A DNA stretch of 64,000 bases, taken from assembly GCA_049997875.1 (NCBI GenBank), contig JBEKRC010000003.1:115687-179686 (forward strand), given 5' to 3'. The translations under genes and the position numbers were made by a program. Of this stretch, positions 48,736-57,394 are shown in pieces. The notes beneath the pieces are model-generated. The model saw only the letters and a program-made list of their open reading frames with translations. It had not been told where the DNA came from and did not search any database. The stretch is from Minisyncoccia bacterium (lineage in GTDB: Bacteria; Patescibacteriota; Minisyncoccia; UBA6257; 2-01-FULL-56-20). Position 1 is the stretch's first letter, and each line of letters opens with the position of its first letter.

Positions 48736-48765
48736 GAAAAATATAGTGAGTAGCGGGGTGGGGTA
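48736..48765 (+). repeat. G-rich C-motif (ATAGTGAGTRGCGGGGTGGGGTAAC), copy 1
   Basis: Also at 49993-50024 and 51319-51349, with a partial copy at 51581-51596. Confidence 0.6.
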
Positions 48766-48841
48766 ACTTTTTAGGTTAAGCCACCGGTTGCAAATCCGGT
48801 ATATAGATATGCTGATTTTCCTCTAATGCCTTGCAAATTCT

Positions 48842-48901
48842 GGTTCTAACGTCGTCCACGATGCGGAGCGGACAACATTTTTTATCGGATAGACCGAGAG
48901 G
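48842..48901 (+). repeat. Array repeat R1: A-motif (GGTTCTAACGTCGTCCACGATGCGGAGCGG) plus the B' variant
   Basis: Copy of the tRNA-Asn 3' end region. Confidence 0.75.
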
Positions 48902-48938
48902 CCCCAATTTTTCAAGATTCTTTAGAACCGAGGCAGGA

Positions 48939-48997
48939 GGTTCTAACGTCGTCCACGATGCGGAGCACCTAGTTAAAGTATTGGGGAGACCGAGAGG
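48939..48997 (+). repeat. Array repeat R2: A-motif plus B-motif
   Basis: 40 of 47 nt identical to the tRNA-Asn 3' end plus flank. Confidence 0.75.
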
Positions 48998-49077
48998 CAT
49001 CGGTTTGGCAGAAGCAGAAATCCATGCTATGTTCATTGCTGGAAGTTGGGTTTCAAAATTCTTTATTGGGGGTGGTT

Positions 49078-49278
49078 ATGTTACCAGGGAATCGGGTGCG
49101 AGTACGCGAAGAAAAGCGAGATGAGCCCCTGCTGCGAGGGTTGCCTCCCGTCCCTCCAAAGGGCTATGGGGTAGAGAAGGTGGTGAGTGACCCAGAGTGC
49201 CCCTTGGGAACGCAGGCTCAAATCCTCATAAAGCTGGATGGCGTAACAGATTTGTTGCCAGAGGTTCTTTTCCGTTAG
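49078..49278 (+). CDS. Small hypothetical protein (66 aa)
   Basis: ORF in the cassette between R2 and R3; weak. Confidence 0.3.
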   Translation: MLPGNRVRVREEKRDEPLLRGLPPVPPKGYGVEKVVSDPECPLGTQAQILIKLDGVTDLLPEVLFR

Positions 49279-49382
49279 GCGATGTGCCGATCAAATTACC
49301 AAGATGGGGTCGCGTCTGGCCCCATCCCAACTTAAACCTACAAAAAGCTTGCGGTTTTAGGTTGGGATAAGGTATTGATGGT

Positions 49383-49412
49383 GGTTCTAACGTCCTCCAG
49401 CCGCCGGGACGC
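49383..49412 (+). repeat. Array repeat R3 (A-motif)
   Basis: GGTTCTAACGTCCTCCAGCCGCCGGGACGC. Confidence 0.75.
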
Positions 49413-49562
49413 AATCCCGAAATTGGAAATGGGCAAGTCGTTTTCGACCTGCCCATTGTATCCGCCGATAGCATCTCGGGTTTCATCGACCCGTAGCGCT
49501 TGAAGGCCTCGGCGGGGGCCTTTCTTCCAGCAAACTAGAGGTTATCGTCGATCGCGATTGCG

Positions 49563-49934
49563 CTAGCGGAACGGACGCATCTTTTCCGTACACTTCCCGC
49601 AAACGACGACCCGCTTTTCGCCCTCGTCGGTCGCCATAATCCGAGATGCGTTCGGATAGTGGTGACACTTGTGGCACTCGCCGTCCGAATATGCCGCCCT
49701 GGGAAGCTTGGAGTAAACAATGCTTCCCGTGCCGACCGCGGTGCCCGCCTTCACCTCCCGCGGAGCAGGAGTGCAACCTCCTTTGCCGCGCCCTTGGCGG
49801 CGCAACTTCTTACGCATCCATCCCTTGCTCTTCCACGGATGGCCGCCATTGGCAGCCGTGTAGTCGATGTAGTGCATATACGCCTCCCTGGGTCCGAGCT
49901 TACATCCGACGCGGTGCAAAATGCAAACATCCAT
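49563..49934 (-). CDS. Zinc-ribbon-containing hypothetical protein
   Basis: CHKCHH...CGKC Cys/His clusters; hairpin terminator downstream at 49414-49446. Confidence 0.5.
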   Translation of the reverse strand: MDVCILHRVGCKLGPREAYMHYIDYTAANGGHPWKSKGWMRKKLRRQGRGKGGCTPAPREVKAGTAVGTGSIVYSKLPRAAYSDGECHKCHHYPNASRIMATDEGEKRVVVCGKCTEKMRPFR

Positions 49935-49961
49935 CTCGGGAAATCTGCGAACCTGATGCGA

Positions 49962-50024
49962 TTCTTACGTCATCCATCCACCTGTGCACCTCAAAACAAT
50001 AGTGAGTGGCGGGGTGGGGTAACC
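49962..50024 (+). repeat. Degenerate A-motif plus C-motif copy 2
   Basis: TTCTTACGTCATCCATCCACCTGTGCACC followed by AAAACAATAGTGAGTGGCGGGGTGGGGTAAC. Confidence 0.55.
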
Positions 50025-50097
50025 CTAGACTAAGGCTAATAATCCCCTGATTTCCCTCATAGCAAGAGTGGGATCGGGCAAGGCTGCCTCCCACCCA

Positions 50098-50158
50098 AAG
50101 GTTCGAAAGGCGTCCTGCCAAGCGAGCACCTAGTAAAAGTATCGGATAGACCGAGAGG
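50098..50158 (+). repeat. Degenerate A-motif plus B-motif
   Basis: ...CCAAGCGAGCACCTAGTAAAAGTATCGGATAGACCGAGAGG. Confidence 0.6.
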
Positions 50159-50167
50159 GGCAAAATA

Positions 50168-50207
50168 GTTCGAGCCGACCGTTGGTGTCATCGCGGGTCG
50201 GCTCGAC
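50168..50207 (-). terminator. Hairpin terminator (12-bp stem) downstream of the minus-strand gene 50255-51103
   Basis: GTTCGAGCCGACC...GGTCGGCTCGAC. Confidence 0.5.
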
Positions 50208-50254
50208 ATAGGAACTGTTCCATGCTTGGCGAGAAGTCGGCCAGGCTCGTGGTG

Positions 50255-51103
50255 TCAGAAGGTGAAACAACCCTTGAGGATGGTGGCAAAAGTACCATCA
50301 GCGGTTTCGAGGGTGACATCTCCCCGAATCGTGTGCACCCCAGGTCCGGCAATCCCCCCAGTCACGATCGTTTGCCCGTCATAGGAGACAAGGCCAGGCA
50401 CGACGCTGAAGCCCCCTTCAAAGCCCATTATCCCAAAATAGAAATCCATGGGCTGGTTTTTGGGGAAAGTGCCATAAATCGTAAAGAATTGGTACCCTTG
50501 AGCCGTCGTCGCCGTAACTACGTGATCGATGACGATCGGTCCAACCTCACCCGACGGCTGGGTCCAGAGAATGTATGCCGTCAGACGTGCATTTTGGATC
50601 ACCTCGCGGGTCGTCATATCATGGAACGTTACCAGGAAATCATAGCGTCCGTACTGCCACCCCTGGAACGTATCAGTCGCGAACAGTTTGGCACTATAGA
50701 GCTGGATGCTCGGGAAATAGCCTGGGGCGCTCTCGTTGGCGCCTCTTGCTCCGATGGGTCGAGCCCAAATGGGGCTGGACGCTGACCCATAGTAGTACTC
50801 CTCCACACTCACCGACACCGGATCGGTGATAGCCTGCAAAGCTTGGTACCAGAGTTCTATCGTGGATAGAGGCTGACAGAACTTACAGCTCTGGTTAAGC
50901 AGGAAGGGCGGGGCCGAAGTGCTCGTGGCAGCCGAATTGGCCTCGCTGGCTGACGCTTCGTCCACTTTTCCTTCGTGGACTAAAACCATTTTTGGCTTTT
51001 GGAACCGCGGTTCTCGGACCATGCTTTCCTGCCCGTAAGTCACCATACAACCGAATACAAACACGACTCCAGCGAACCCTACAATCCCACACAGTTTTCT
51101 CAT
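50255..51103 (-). CDS. Secreted hypothetical protein (282 aa)
   Basis: Perfect AAGGAGG RBS before the ATG at 51103; signal peptide MRKLCGIVGFAGVVFVFGCMV. Confidence 0.7.
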   Translation of the reverse strand: MRKLCGIVGFAGVVFVFGCMVTYGQESMVREPRFQKPKMVLVHEGKVDEASASEANSAATSTSAPPFLLNQSCKFCQPLSTIELWYQALQAITDPVSVSVEEYYYGSASSPIWARPIGARGANESAPGYFPSIQLYSAKLFATDTFQGWQYGRYDFLVTFHDMTTREVIQNARLTAYILWTQPSGEVGPIVIDHVVTATTAQGYQFFTIYGTFPKNQPMDFYFGIMGFEGGFSVVPGLVSYDGQTIVTGGIAGPGVHTIRGDVTLETADGTFATILKGCFTF

Positions 51104-51318
51104 ACTCTGACTTCCTCCTTGTGATCTCTTTTGTGAAATGCGAACTCCGGCGACATCATATGACATTTAATCTTAGTTTGTCAATAGTTCGTAATGGTTC
51201 AATAGCTTGGAACCACCCCGGAAATATTTCAAGCTATGTATATGGCATATAACAATAATCCCGAACATCCGCCGGTAATCAATTAACCAAATCTGACCCT
51301 GTGTAGATGATTTTGCCC

Positions 51319-51349
51319 TAAAACAATAGTGAGTGGCGGGGCGGGGTAA
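51319..51349 (+). repeat. C-motif copy 3
   Basis: AAAACAATAGTGAGTGGCGGGGCGGGGTAAA. Confidence 0.6.
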
Positions 51350-51411
51350 ATCAATCCAGTCGTGGTAATATAAGGTAAAGGCCGTTCACTAACAAATCAC
51401 CACTTATTACT

Positions 51412-51576
51412 ATGAACTCCTTATACGTTGTAGCGTTCGTTGTGCTGTTGGTAGCCGTCGTAGTCACCGTGGATATCCTGTTCTTCAGAAACCTGTTCTG
51501 GGAACGGCTGATGGTGAATGTTGGAATTGTCCTGATATTCGCAGCGTTCGGCTTGAGATTCCTGAAGCATCTATGA
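51412..51576 (+). CDS. Very small membrane protein (54 aa)
   Basis: Two TM helices; below the 60-aa cut-off of the ORF track; found by hand. Confidence 0.35.
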   Translation: MNSLYVVAFVVLLVAVVVTVDILFFRNLFWERLMVNVGIVLIFAAFGLRFLKHL

Positions 51577-51662
51577 AACCCGCGTGGGTGGGGTAATCAA
51601 ACTTTCACTGCTTCCGGCCTCAAGTCAGGGATGTAAATATACCCCTTTTGCTCCTCAATTCT

Positions 51663-51721
51663 GGTTCTAACGTCCTCCACGCGCCGGAGCGGCCAGGAGA
51701 AGTATCGGGGAGACCGAGAGG
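51663..51721 (+). repeat. Array repeat R4: A-motif plus B-motif
   Basis: GGTTCTAACGTCCTCCACGCGCCGGAGCGG followed by CCAGGAGAAGTATCGGGGAGACCGAGAGG. Confidence 0.75.
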
Positions 51722-52550
51722 CATCATCCCTTTTGTTACGGTCACACTCGCACGATCCAGACTCTCTGATTTCAGAAAAAAACAAGGGCATACGCCTGTT
51801 GCGTCGCCCTTTCTTGGATCCCCCGGAGGAGTGGAGAAGCTGCCGCCTGTACGAACTCGCCTCGTACCCTTGCGAGCACAATGCGGGTCCGTGAAGCGGA
51901 GCCTCTCTCACTTCCTTCGCGGTTTGAGAGCAAATGGATGAGGAGTATTTCCTGCCGTGAGGCCGGATCGGATTGTTGCTACCGCTTGCGCGATAGCCCG
52001 CCTTCTTGGAGTTTCCCATAAAGGATACTCCGCAGAACAGTGCCGAAGAGCACGCTCTCCGTCACCGGGAGATCGCCTCCCGAGGGTTCCGCTTACGCGG
52101 AACATCCCGGATGGCCCCGAATCCTCCACATTGCTGCGAAGGAGATCTCCATATGTATCTTCTGGCTGTTGCGCCAGATTCTCCCCATTCTGTCTCCGTG
52201 GGTTCGCAGCGACGGTTCCTTGCGGAACCTTTTCTCTCCCTAATCGCTAGGCAGAGCCGTCGCGCAGCACATCGTCCGTCGTGTGATAACTCGACCTTAT
52301 CGGCCAAGTCGTCCCTCGCGGATCGCTTGCCGTCGCCAAGGCTTTTTGCATCCCTTGCGAAACACTGAAGCGTTTGGTAAAACCCGCTGCTCTCATCTGA
52401 CAAACTCTGACAATGTACGTGATTATCATTCTATAGGTGTCACGGGGATGGTCAATGCTCAAAAGGCTAAGAAACTGAATAGGCTGTGGAATGCTTGTGG
52501 GGAATATGGATTTATATAGCAATCTGCCTCAAGAAGGGCTTCCCCAGCCA

Positions 52551-52609
52551 GATTCTCCCATCCTCCAGCCGCCGGAGCGGCTAGTAAAAGTATCGGGGAG
52601 ACCGAGAGG
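52551..52609 (+). repeat. Array repeat R5: degenerate A-motif plus B-motif
   Basis: GATTCTCCCATCCTCCAGCCGCCGGAGCGG followed by CTAGTAAAAGTATCGGGGAGACCGAGAGG. Confidence 0.75.
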
Positions 52610-52640
52610 CGTCGCGCTTGCTATAATGAGCGTGAACATC

Positions 52641-53126
52641 ATGGAACAATCACCTTCGAATTTCTGGAAAAATATTCCCAAGAAAAGAATGGGGACGGGC
52701 GCGCTCATCTTTAACGAGAAGAGTGAGGTATTAATTGTGAAACCGACCTACAAAGGTCATTGGTCCGTTCCTGGTGGCGTTGTTGACGCCAATGAGTCTC
52801 CGCGTGAAGCATGCATGCGAGAGATTAAGGAGGAAATCGGACTGATCATGCCAGAACTTCACTTTATATGCGTCGCATACCAACGCAATTCAGGCACCGA
52901 GAAAGGAGAAAGTCTTCAGTTCATGTTTTACGGCGGCGTTCTTATCCAAGACACAATTGAGCAAATTGTCATCTCAAAAGAAGAAATTGCGGAGTTTAAG
53001 TTCGTGGATATGAAAATGGCATTGTCTCTCTTGAACAGTGCCCTCGCCAATCGCCTGTCGCTCTCAATGGAAGCGATCAAGAAAAATCAACCTTTCTATC
53101 TGGAACGAGAGAATGCGGATTCTTAA
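52641..53126 (+). CDS. NUDIX hydrolase (cassette)
   Basis: GGVVDANESPREACMREIKEEIGL Nudix box; TATAAT 14 nt upstream. Confidence 0.8.
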   Translation: MEQSPSNFWKNIPKKRMGTGALIFNEKSEVLIVKPTYKGHWSVPGGVVDANESPREACMREIKEEIGLIMPELHFICVAYQRNSGTEKGESLQFMFYGGVLIQDTIEQIVISKEEIAEFKFVDMKMALSLLNSALANRLSLSMEAIKKNQPFYLERENADS

Positions 53127-53131
53127 GCAGA

Positions 53132-53160
53132 GGTTCTAACGTCGTCCAGCCGCCGGAGCA
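53132..53160 (+). repeat. Array repeat R6 (A-motif)
   Basis: GGTTCTAACGTCGTCCAGCCGCCGGAGCA. Confidence 0.75.
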
Positions 53161-53185
53161 GACAGGTTTTTGCTATAATCGCTTT

Positions 53186-53842
53186 ATGATCAAGGCGGTC
53201 ATATTCGACATGGACGGTCTCATGATTGACAGCGAACCGATCCAATCGAAATCATTCGAGTATGTTCTCAGGACTCATGACAAAGCGCCGATTTTCAACC
53301 CCAACGGTTTGATCCAGACGATAGGCATCACCGCAAAGGATAATTGGATTCTGTTAAAAGAAAAACACAATCTTACCGCCAGCGTAGCGTCCCTCTTGGC
53401 AAAAAAAAGAAGTGTCTATGGGAAATTACTGAAAGAGAACGTCAAACCACAAAAAGGACTGTTCTCCCTTATCAAAAAGTTGAAAAAAGGGGGGTTCAAA
53501 CTGGGCATCGCCTCTTCGTCCAAGTTAAGCAATATCAAGCTGGTGTTGTCCTCTCTTCATTTGAGCCGCTCGTTTGACGTAATACTATCCGGAGAATCAC
53601 TCACCCGTGGGAAACCGCACCCTGACATCTTTTTGGAAACAGCGAGGAAACTAAGCGTGGATCCAAGCGACTGCGTTGTCCTCGAAGACGCAGAGAGCGG
53701 GGTGGAAGCGGCGCATCGCGCGAAGATGAAGGTCATTGCGGTGCCGAACAAATTTACCCGTGATCATGATTTCAAAAAAGCGGATCTCGTCGTTTCCAGC
53801 CTGGGGAAAATCACACCAAGAACACTCCGGAACAGGTTCTAA
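53186..53842 (+). CDS. HAD-superfamily hydrolase (beta-phosphoglucomutase-like subfamily)
   Basis: N-terminus AVIFDMDGLMIDSE (DxD); downstream GKPHPDIF and LEDAESGVEAA motifs. Confidence 0.85.
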   Translation: MIKAVIFDMDGLMIDSEPIQSKSFEYVLRTHDKAPIFNPNGLIQTIGITAKDNWILLKEKHNLTASVASLLAKKRSVYGKLLKENVKPQKGLFSLIKKLKKGGFKLGIASSSKLSNIKLVLSSLHLSRSFDVILSGESLTRGKPHPDIFLETARKLSVDPSDCVVLEDAESGVEAAHRAKMKVIAVPNKFTRDHDFKKADLVVSSLGKITPRTLRNRF

Positions 53843-53862
53843 CATAGTCTAAGCGCCGGAGC
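53835..53862 (+). repeat. Array repeat R7 (degenerate A-motif)
   Basis: GGTTCTAACATAGTCTAAGCGCCGGAGC. Confidence 0.6.
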
Positions 53863-53928
53863 AAATAAAGTGGCCAGCACATCGGTCTGGCCACTCGGTT
53901 GAACTTTCATTAAGGGAAGGAGCGAGCA

Positions 53929-54174
53929 TCATGCTGACATCGTGGCGACGTCGGTATCCAGTTGCGCCTGGAGCAGAGATCCCCCCTCCCTGTAGGCCGA
54001 CTCGTACGCTGTCTCGTCGGTGCCGAAAGATACCTTCCCTTCGGAGACCTTAGAGCCTAGAGCCGAAACTGACGGCACGAAGCCTTTCCCCAGGAAAGAA
54101 TCCACGTGCGCAATGCTAAACTCGTAGATACTCTCGGTTGCTACGATATCGGTGCGATTCTTCTTCCACCTCAT
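53929..54174 (-). CDS. Small hypothetical protein (81 aa), downstream member of an overlapping gene pair
   Basis: ATGA start/stop overlap with the 54171-54479 gene. Confidence 0.4.
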   Translation of the reverse strand: MRWKKNRTDIVATESIYEFSIAHVDSFLGKGFVPSVSALGSKVSEGKVSFGTDETAYESAYREGGSLLQAQLDTDVATMSA

Positions 54175-54479
54175 TGTCCTACCTCCCTACGGGAACGAAT
54201 GCCCGTTTTTGGTCGTTGCGACATAAGGAAGGATGCGAATCGCATCTCCCCTTGTCCTTCCCTTACGTATACCCGAATCTTGAGGTTGCTTTGGAATGCG
54301 CTCCGTCTCAAGTAGGAGAGTTTTCGGGACCCGACGCGGTAGATGTCGTGCTTGATTCCTTGACTATCGCGGATATCCCGCAAAACATCCTCCTCAGGTA
54401 ACTCCCTAGCTAGTGCCGCATTAGTATTGGCATCGAGCGGCTCTACAAACCAATCGTACGTTCGTTTCCTTTTTCCCAT
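54171..54479 (-). CDS. Small basic hypothetical protein (102 aa), upstream member of the overlapping pair
   Basis: GAGAGGTG RBS before the ATG at 54479. Confidence 0.45.
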   Translation of the reverse strand: MGKRKRTYDWFVEPLDANTNAALARELPEEDVLRDIRDSQGIKHDIYRVGSRKLSYLRRSAFQSNLKIRVYVREGQGEMRFASFLMSQRPKTGIRSRREVGQ

Positions 54480-54563
54480 AGAACACACCTCTCTTCCACG
54501 AAAAGATGGCTGGCTATCACGATATTCGCAGACAACGCACTAGGTGTCAATCCGCGCCAAACA

Positions 54564-54593
54564 GGTTCTAACGTCCCCCAGCCGCCGGAGCGG
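54564..54593 (+). repeat. Array repeat R8 (A-motif)
   Basis: GGTTCTAACGTCCCCCAGCCGCCGGAGCGG. Confidence 0.75.
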
Positions 54594-54726
54594 ATAGGAT
54601 TTGCAAATCGTTTCAAACTTGAAACCATTACAACTGTAGTGAGCTCAAGTTTACGCCCGATCCATTAGCCTCCTTTCTGGTTGACTAATCGGGCGTTTGA
54701 TTTAGAAGGAACTCCGCCCCGATACC

Positions 54727-55011
54727 TCATTGCGCAGTCGTTGGAGAGTGTCCCTCACCTAGCACTGTGGTGAACCTAGGACGAAATCTGGCCTGCCACC
54801 ATCGGTCCCTTTTCCGGAACCACTCCTCCACTTCTTTCGGAGATCTCCCCTCCAGGGTTTCGGCGAGTTGCATGATAGCATACTGCACAACGAAAGACCT
54901 CGAAGCCTTGTGATACCCTTGTCGCTGAAGCGTTGCCTTAATAGCGTCCAAACTTTCTGCCTGATCCTGGTAAAGACTGATTGCCCGTATCACGTATCTT
55001 CGTTTGGACAT
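54727..55011 (-). CDS. Ribbon-helix-helix (CopG/Arc-like) small DNA-binding protein
   Basis: KRRYVIRAISLY strand followed by an SRSFVVQYAIMQL helix. Confidence 0.5.
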   Translation of the reverse strand: MSKRRYVIRAISLYQDQAESLDAIKATLQRQGYHKASRSFVVQYAIMQLAETLEGRSPKEVEEWFRKRDRWWQARFRPRFTTVLGEGHSPTTAQ

Positions 55012-55122
55012 ATTCTTACCACCTTCCTTTCGATATGAATGTGCAATTGCAAGTTATAAGCCTAAAAAGTGTGATTGTCAACAAACGCCATCAATCGGAG
55101 GTGGCATAATCCTCACCAGAGA

Positions 55123-55152
55123 GGTTCTCACCTCCTCCAGTCGCCGGAGCGG
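55123..55152 (+). repeat. Array repeat R9 (A-motif)
   Basis: GGTTCTCACCTCCTCCAGTCGCCGGAGCGG. Confidence 0.75.
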
Positions 55153-55260
55153 ATAGGTTTTCACACCGCAAAGAGCCGAAGTTTGCACATCCCTTGATTG
55201 TGTGTCTATACTGGAACCAGGACTGGGAATTATCCCAGCATTTAAAAGGAGGGTTAGGCC

Positions 55261-55716
55261 ATGAAAAGACTGTTATGGGTTGCTACCGCGCTAGTGGCAA
55301 TTTGTGTATTCATCCAGGCACCAGTTGTGGGACAAACGGACAATGTGACGATCGCACCCCAAGCTCCGGTGGCAGAGCATCAACTGCTGGAAGCGAAGAT
55401 CGACGAGAAACTCCTTCTGCCGGGCGAGAAGCAATGTTCATTCTTTCTCCTCACGACGTTTGGTGGCAGACTGAAGCCGGGGATTCGTTTCCAATTCCTC
55501 GACAACGGTCCTCCAAAGAAAATCAAGGTGGAGATTGTTCCCGTCACAAAAATCCGCGTCATCATAGATGAACAGAAAAGTCTGCCCACAGCCGAGAAGG
55601 TCGAGAATGACAATGGAGAGTTCATCTGGTTACTCCGGTTGAGTACTAAGACTTACGAACCTTGTAAGGATTGCCTACCAGAGCCGACCAAACCACCGGC
55701 ATCCCCACAAAAGTAG
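55261..55716 (+). CDS. Secreted hypothetical protein (151 aa)
   Basis: TATACT -10; AAAAGGAGGG RBS; signal peptide. Confidence 0.7.
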   Translation: MKRLLWVATALVAICVFIQAPVVGQTDNVTIAPQAPVAEHQLLEAKIDEKLLLPGEKQCSFFLLTTFGGRLKPGIRFQFLDNGPPKKIKVEIVPVTKIRVIIDEQKSLPTAEKVENDNGEFIWLLRLSTKTYEPCKDCLPEPTKPPASPQK

Positions 55717-55824
55717 CGCCGATTGCTTTCAGTTCCGGGCGCGCAGCACCGGCATCGCCGATGCTACCTCCGCCCACTCCCCCAAGATCGGCAACAAAGG
55801 TTGATGATTTTAGGTGAGACAACA

Positions 55825-55854
55825 GGTTCTCACATCGTCCAGCCGCCGGAGCGG
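55825..55854 (+). repeat. Array repeat R10 (A-motif)
   Basis: GGTTCTCACATCGTCCAGCCGCCGGAGCGG. Confidence 0.75.
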
Positions 55855-55902
55855 AAAGTTGATGCGGACAAGAACTTTTTCTGGTATGCTAGAGCTTGAT
55901 AT

Positions 55903-56469
55903 ATGATCAAGTTTGTTTTTCATGGCGGCGCTACGAGAAAACCTCTTGAAGGAAATAAGCGGTTTTTTGCCGAAATGGTTCGGGGCCTCCGCGAGCCTAT
56001 TAAGATATTGAATGTCTATTTCGCGAGGGAGGAAAGTCGATGGAACGAAGCGATGGAAGATGACAAGCAAAACTTTCGGAATGCCGCACCGAATATCAAA
56101 ATGGAGTTTTCCTTAGCGAACCCCGAATCTTTCGTGACACAGGTCAAAGATGTGGGCGTGGTCTATGTGCGCGGCGGGAGTACTCCCCTCCTCAAGAAGG
56201 CCTTTGAACCATTTTCTCAATTTCTCACACTCCTCGATGGAAAAGTCTATGGCGGCTCCTCTGCTGGAGCCGACGTTCTTGCAAAATACTATTGCTCTAG
56301 AGAATCTGACGAAATCCTAGAAGGACTTGGCCTCCTGCCCATCAAAGTATTCCCTCATTATGACGAAAGCGAGCGAGAGAAACTGGAAAAACTTAAGGCA
56401 TGGAAGGAGGATCTGCCGACATACACCATAGCAGAGGGAGAGTATTTTATTTACAAAAACAGGTTCTAA
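55903..56469 (+). CDS. Peptidase S51 (dipeptidase E)-like protein
   Basis: VYVRGGSTPLL and GGSSAGADVL resemble the GGNTF and GxSAG motifs of PepE. Confidence 0.65.
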   Translation: MIKFVFHGGATRKPLEGNKRFFAEMVRGLREPIKILNVYFAREESRWNEAMEDDKQNFRNAAPNIKMEFSLANPESFVTQVKDVGVVYVRGGSTPLLKKAFEPFSQFLTLLDGKVYGGSSAGADVLAKYYCSRESDEILEGLGLLPIKVFPHYDESEREKLEKLKAWKEDLPTYTIAEGEYFIYKNRF

Positions 56470-56520
56470 CGTCGTCCAGCTCGCGGAGCGGGCAACATTT
56501 TTTATCGGACAGACCGAGGG
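56462..56520 (+). repeat. Array repeat R11: A-motif plus the B' variant
   Basis: GGTTCTAACGTCGTCCAGCTCGCGGAGCGG followed by GCAACATTTTTTATCGGACAGACCGAGGG (B' as in R1). Confidence 0.75.
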
Positions 56521-56563
56521 GCGTAGCAAAATATCTTGAAGCTTCGTTTGCTACAATTGAGGT

Positions 56564-57196
56564 ATGAATAAGAAAGGATTTGCGACGCTCGCGATCGCGT
56601 TGATTGTCGTGGCCATTCTGATCGCTGGCGGTGTTTGGTATTACATGAAAAACATTTCTTCACCGACCCAATTGGTCGCTTGTACCCAGGAAGCGAAGGA
56701 ATGCCCCGACGGTTCCTACGTTGGGCGCACCGGTCCCAATTGCGAATTTGCCGCTTGCCCGGGCATGACAACAACTACATCCTCAATACCGTTGCCAACA
56801 GCCTATGTGAATGTTCTCTATAACGGTTTATTGCACATAGCGACTTCCAATATCTCAACACTGGGCCAGTTACCCCCGGGGCTATCACTTGTCCCGATGG
56901 AACATGGTTGCGTACCGTCTGAGCCACAATGCCCTCAAAATGATTTTTATCTCCACGGGCAAGCTACGCAAGCGGGAACATATGCATTCAGTGTTGTATT
57001 TTCTATTGACGGCGATCAAATTACCCAATCCTATCACATACAGGTCTTACCACAAAATCAGGAATCGGCACACAATACCTGCGAGAGCAATTTTGATTGC
57101 CCCGCAGGACAAACGTGTATGGTGACCGGTCCGATCATAGCGGGTAGAACAATCCAAAAAAATTGTTATCCAGCAGGACAAGCGGCACCCCAATAG
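56564..57196 (+). CDS. Membrane-anchored Cys-rich secreted protein (210 aa)
   Basis: TACAAT -10; GAGGT RBS; N-terminal TM; about 14 Cys. Confidence 0.7.
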   Translation: MNKKGFATLAIALIVVAILIAGGVWYYMKNISSPTQLVACTQEAKECPDGSYVGRTGPNCEFAACPGMTTTTSSIPLPTAYVNVLYNGLLHIATSNISTLGQLPPGLSLVPMEHGCVPSEPQCPQNDFYLHGQATQAGTYAFSVVFSIDGDQITQSYHIQVLPQNQESAHNTCESNFDCPAGQTCMVTGPIIAGRTIQKNCYPAGQAAPQ

Positions 57197-57223
57197 GTTC
57201 TTACGTTGTCCACACTCCGGAGC
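57196..57223 (+). repeat. Array repeat R12 (degenerate A-motif)
   Basis: GGTTCTTACGTTGTCCACACTCCGGAGC. Confidence 0.65.
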
Positions 57224-57249
57224 ATCGTTTAGTGTGCTATAATAAAAAC

Positions 57250-57381
57250 ATGCTTTGGACAATCATCATCGTTCTATTCGTTCTTTGGTTATTGGGATTC
57301 GGCTTCAAAATTGGAGGGAAATTGATTCACGTACTGCTCGTGATCGCTCTCATTGTGATCATCTATCGGCTTTTGTTCTAA
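57250..57381 (+). CDS. Small membrane protein (43 aa), lmo0937-like family
   Basis: MLWTIIIVLFVLWLLGF...LIHVLLVIALIVIIY; TATAAT 9 nt upstream. Confidence 0.5.
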   Translation: MLWTIIIVLFVLWLLGFGFKIGGKLIHVLLVIALIVIIYRLLF

Positions 57382-57394
57382 CTGATGAGAAAGG

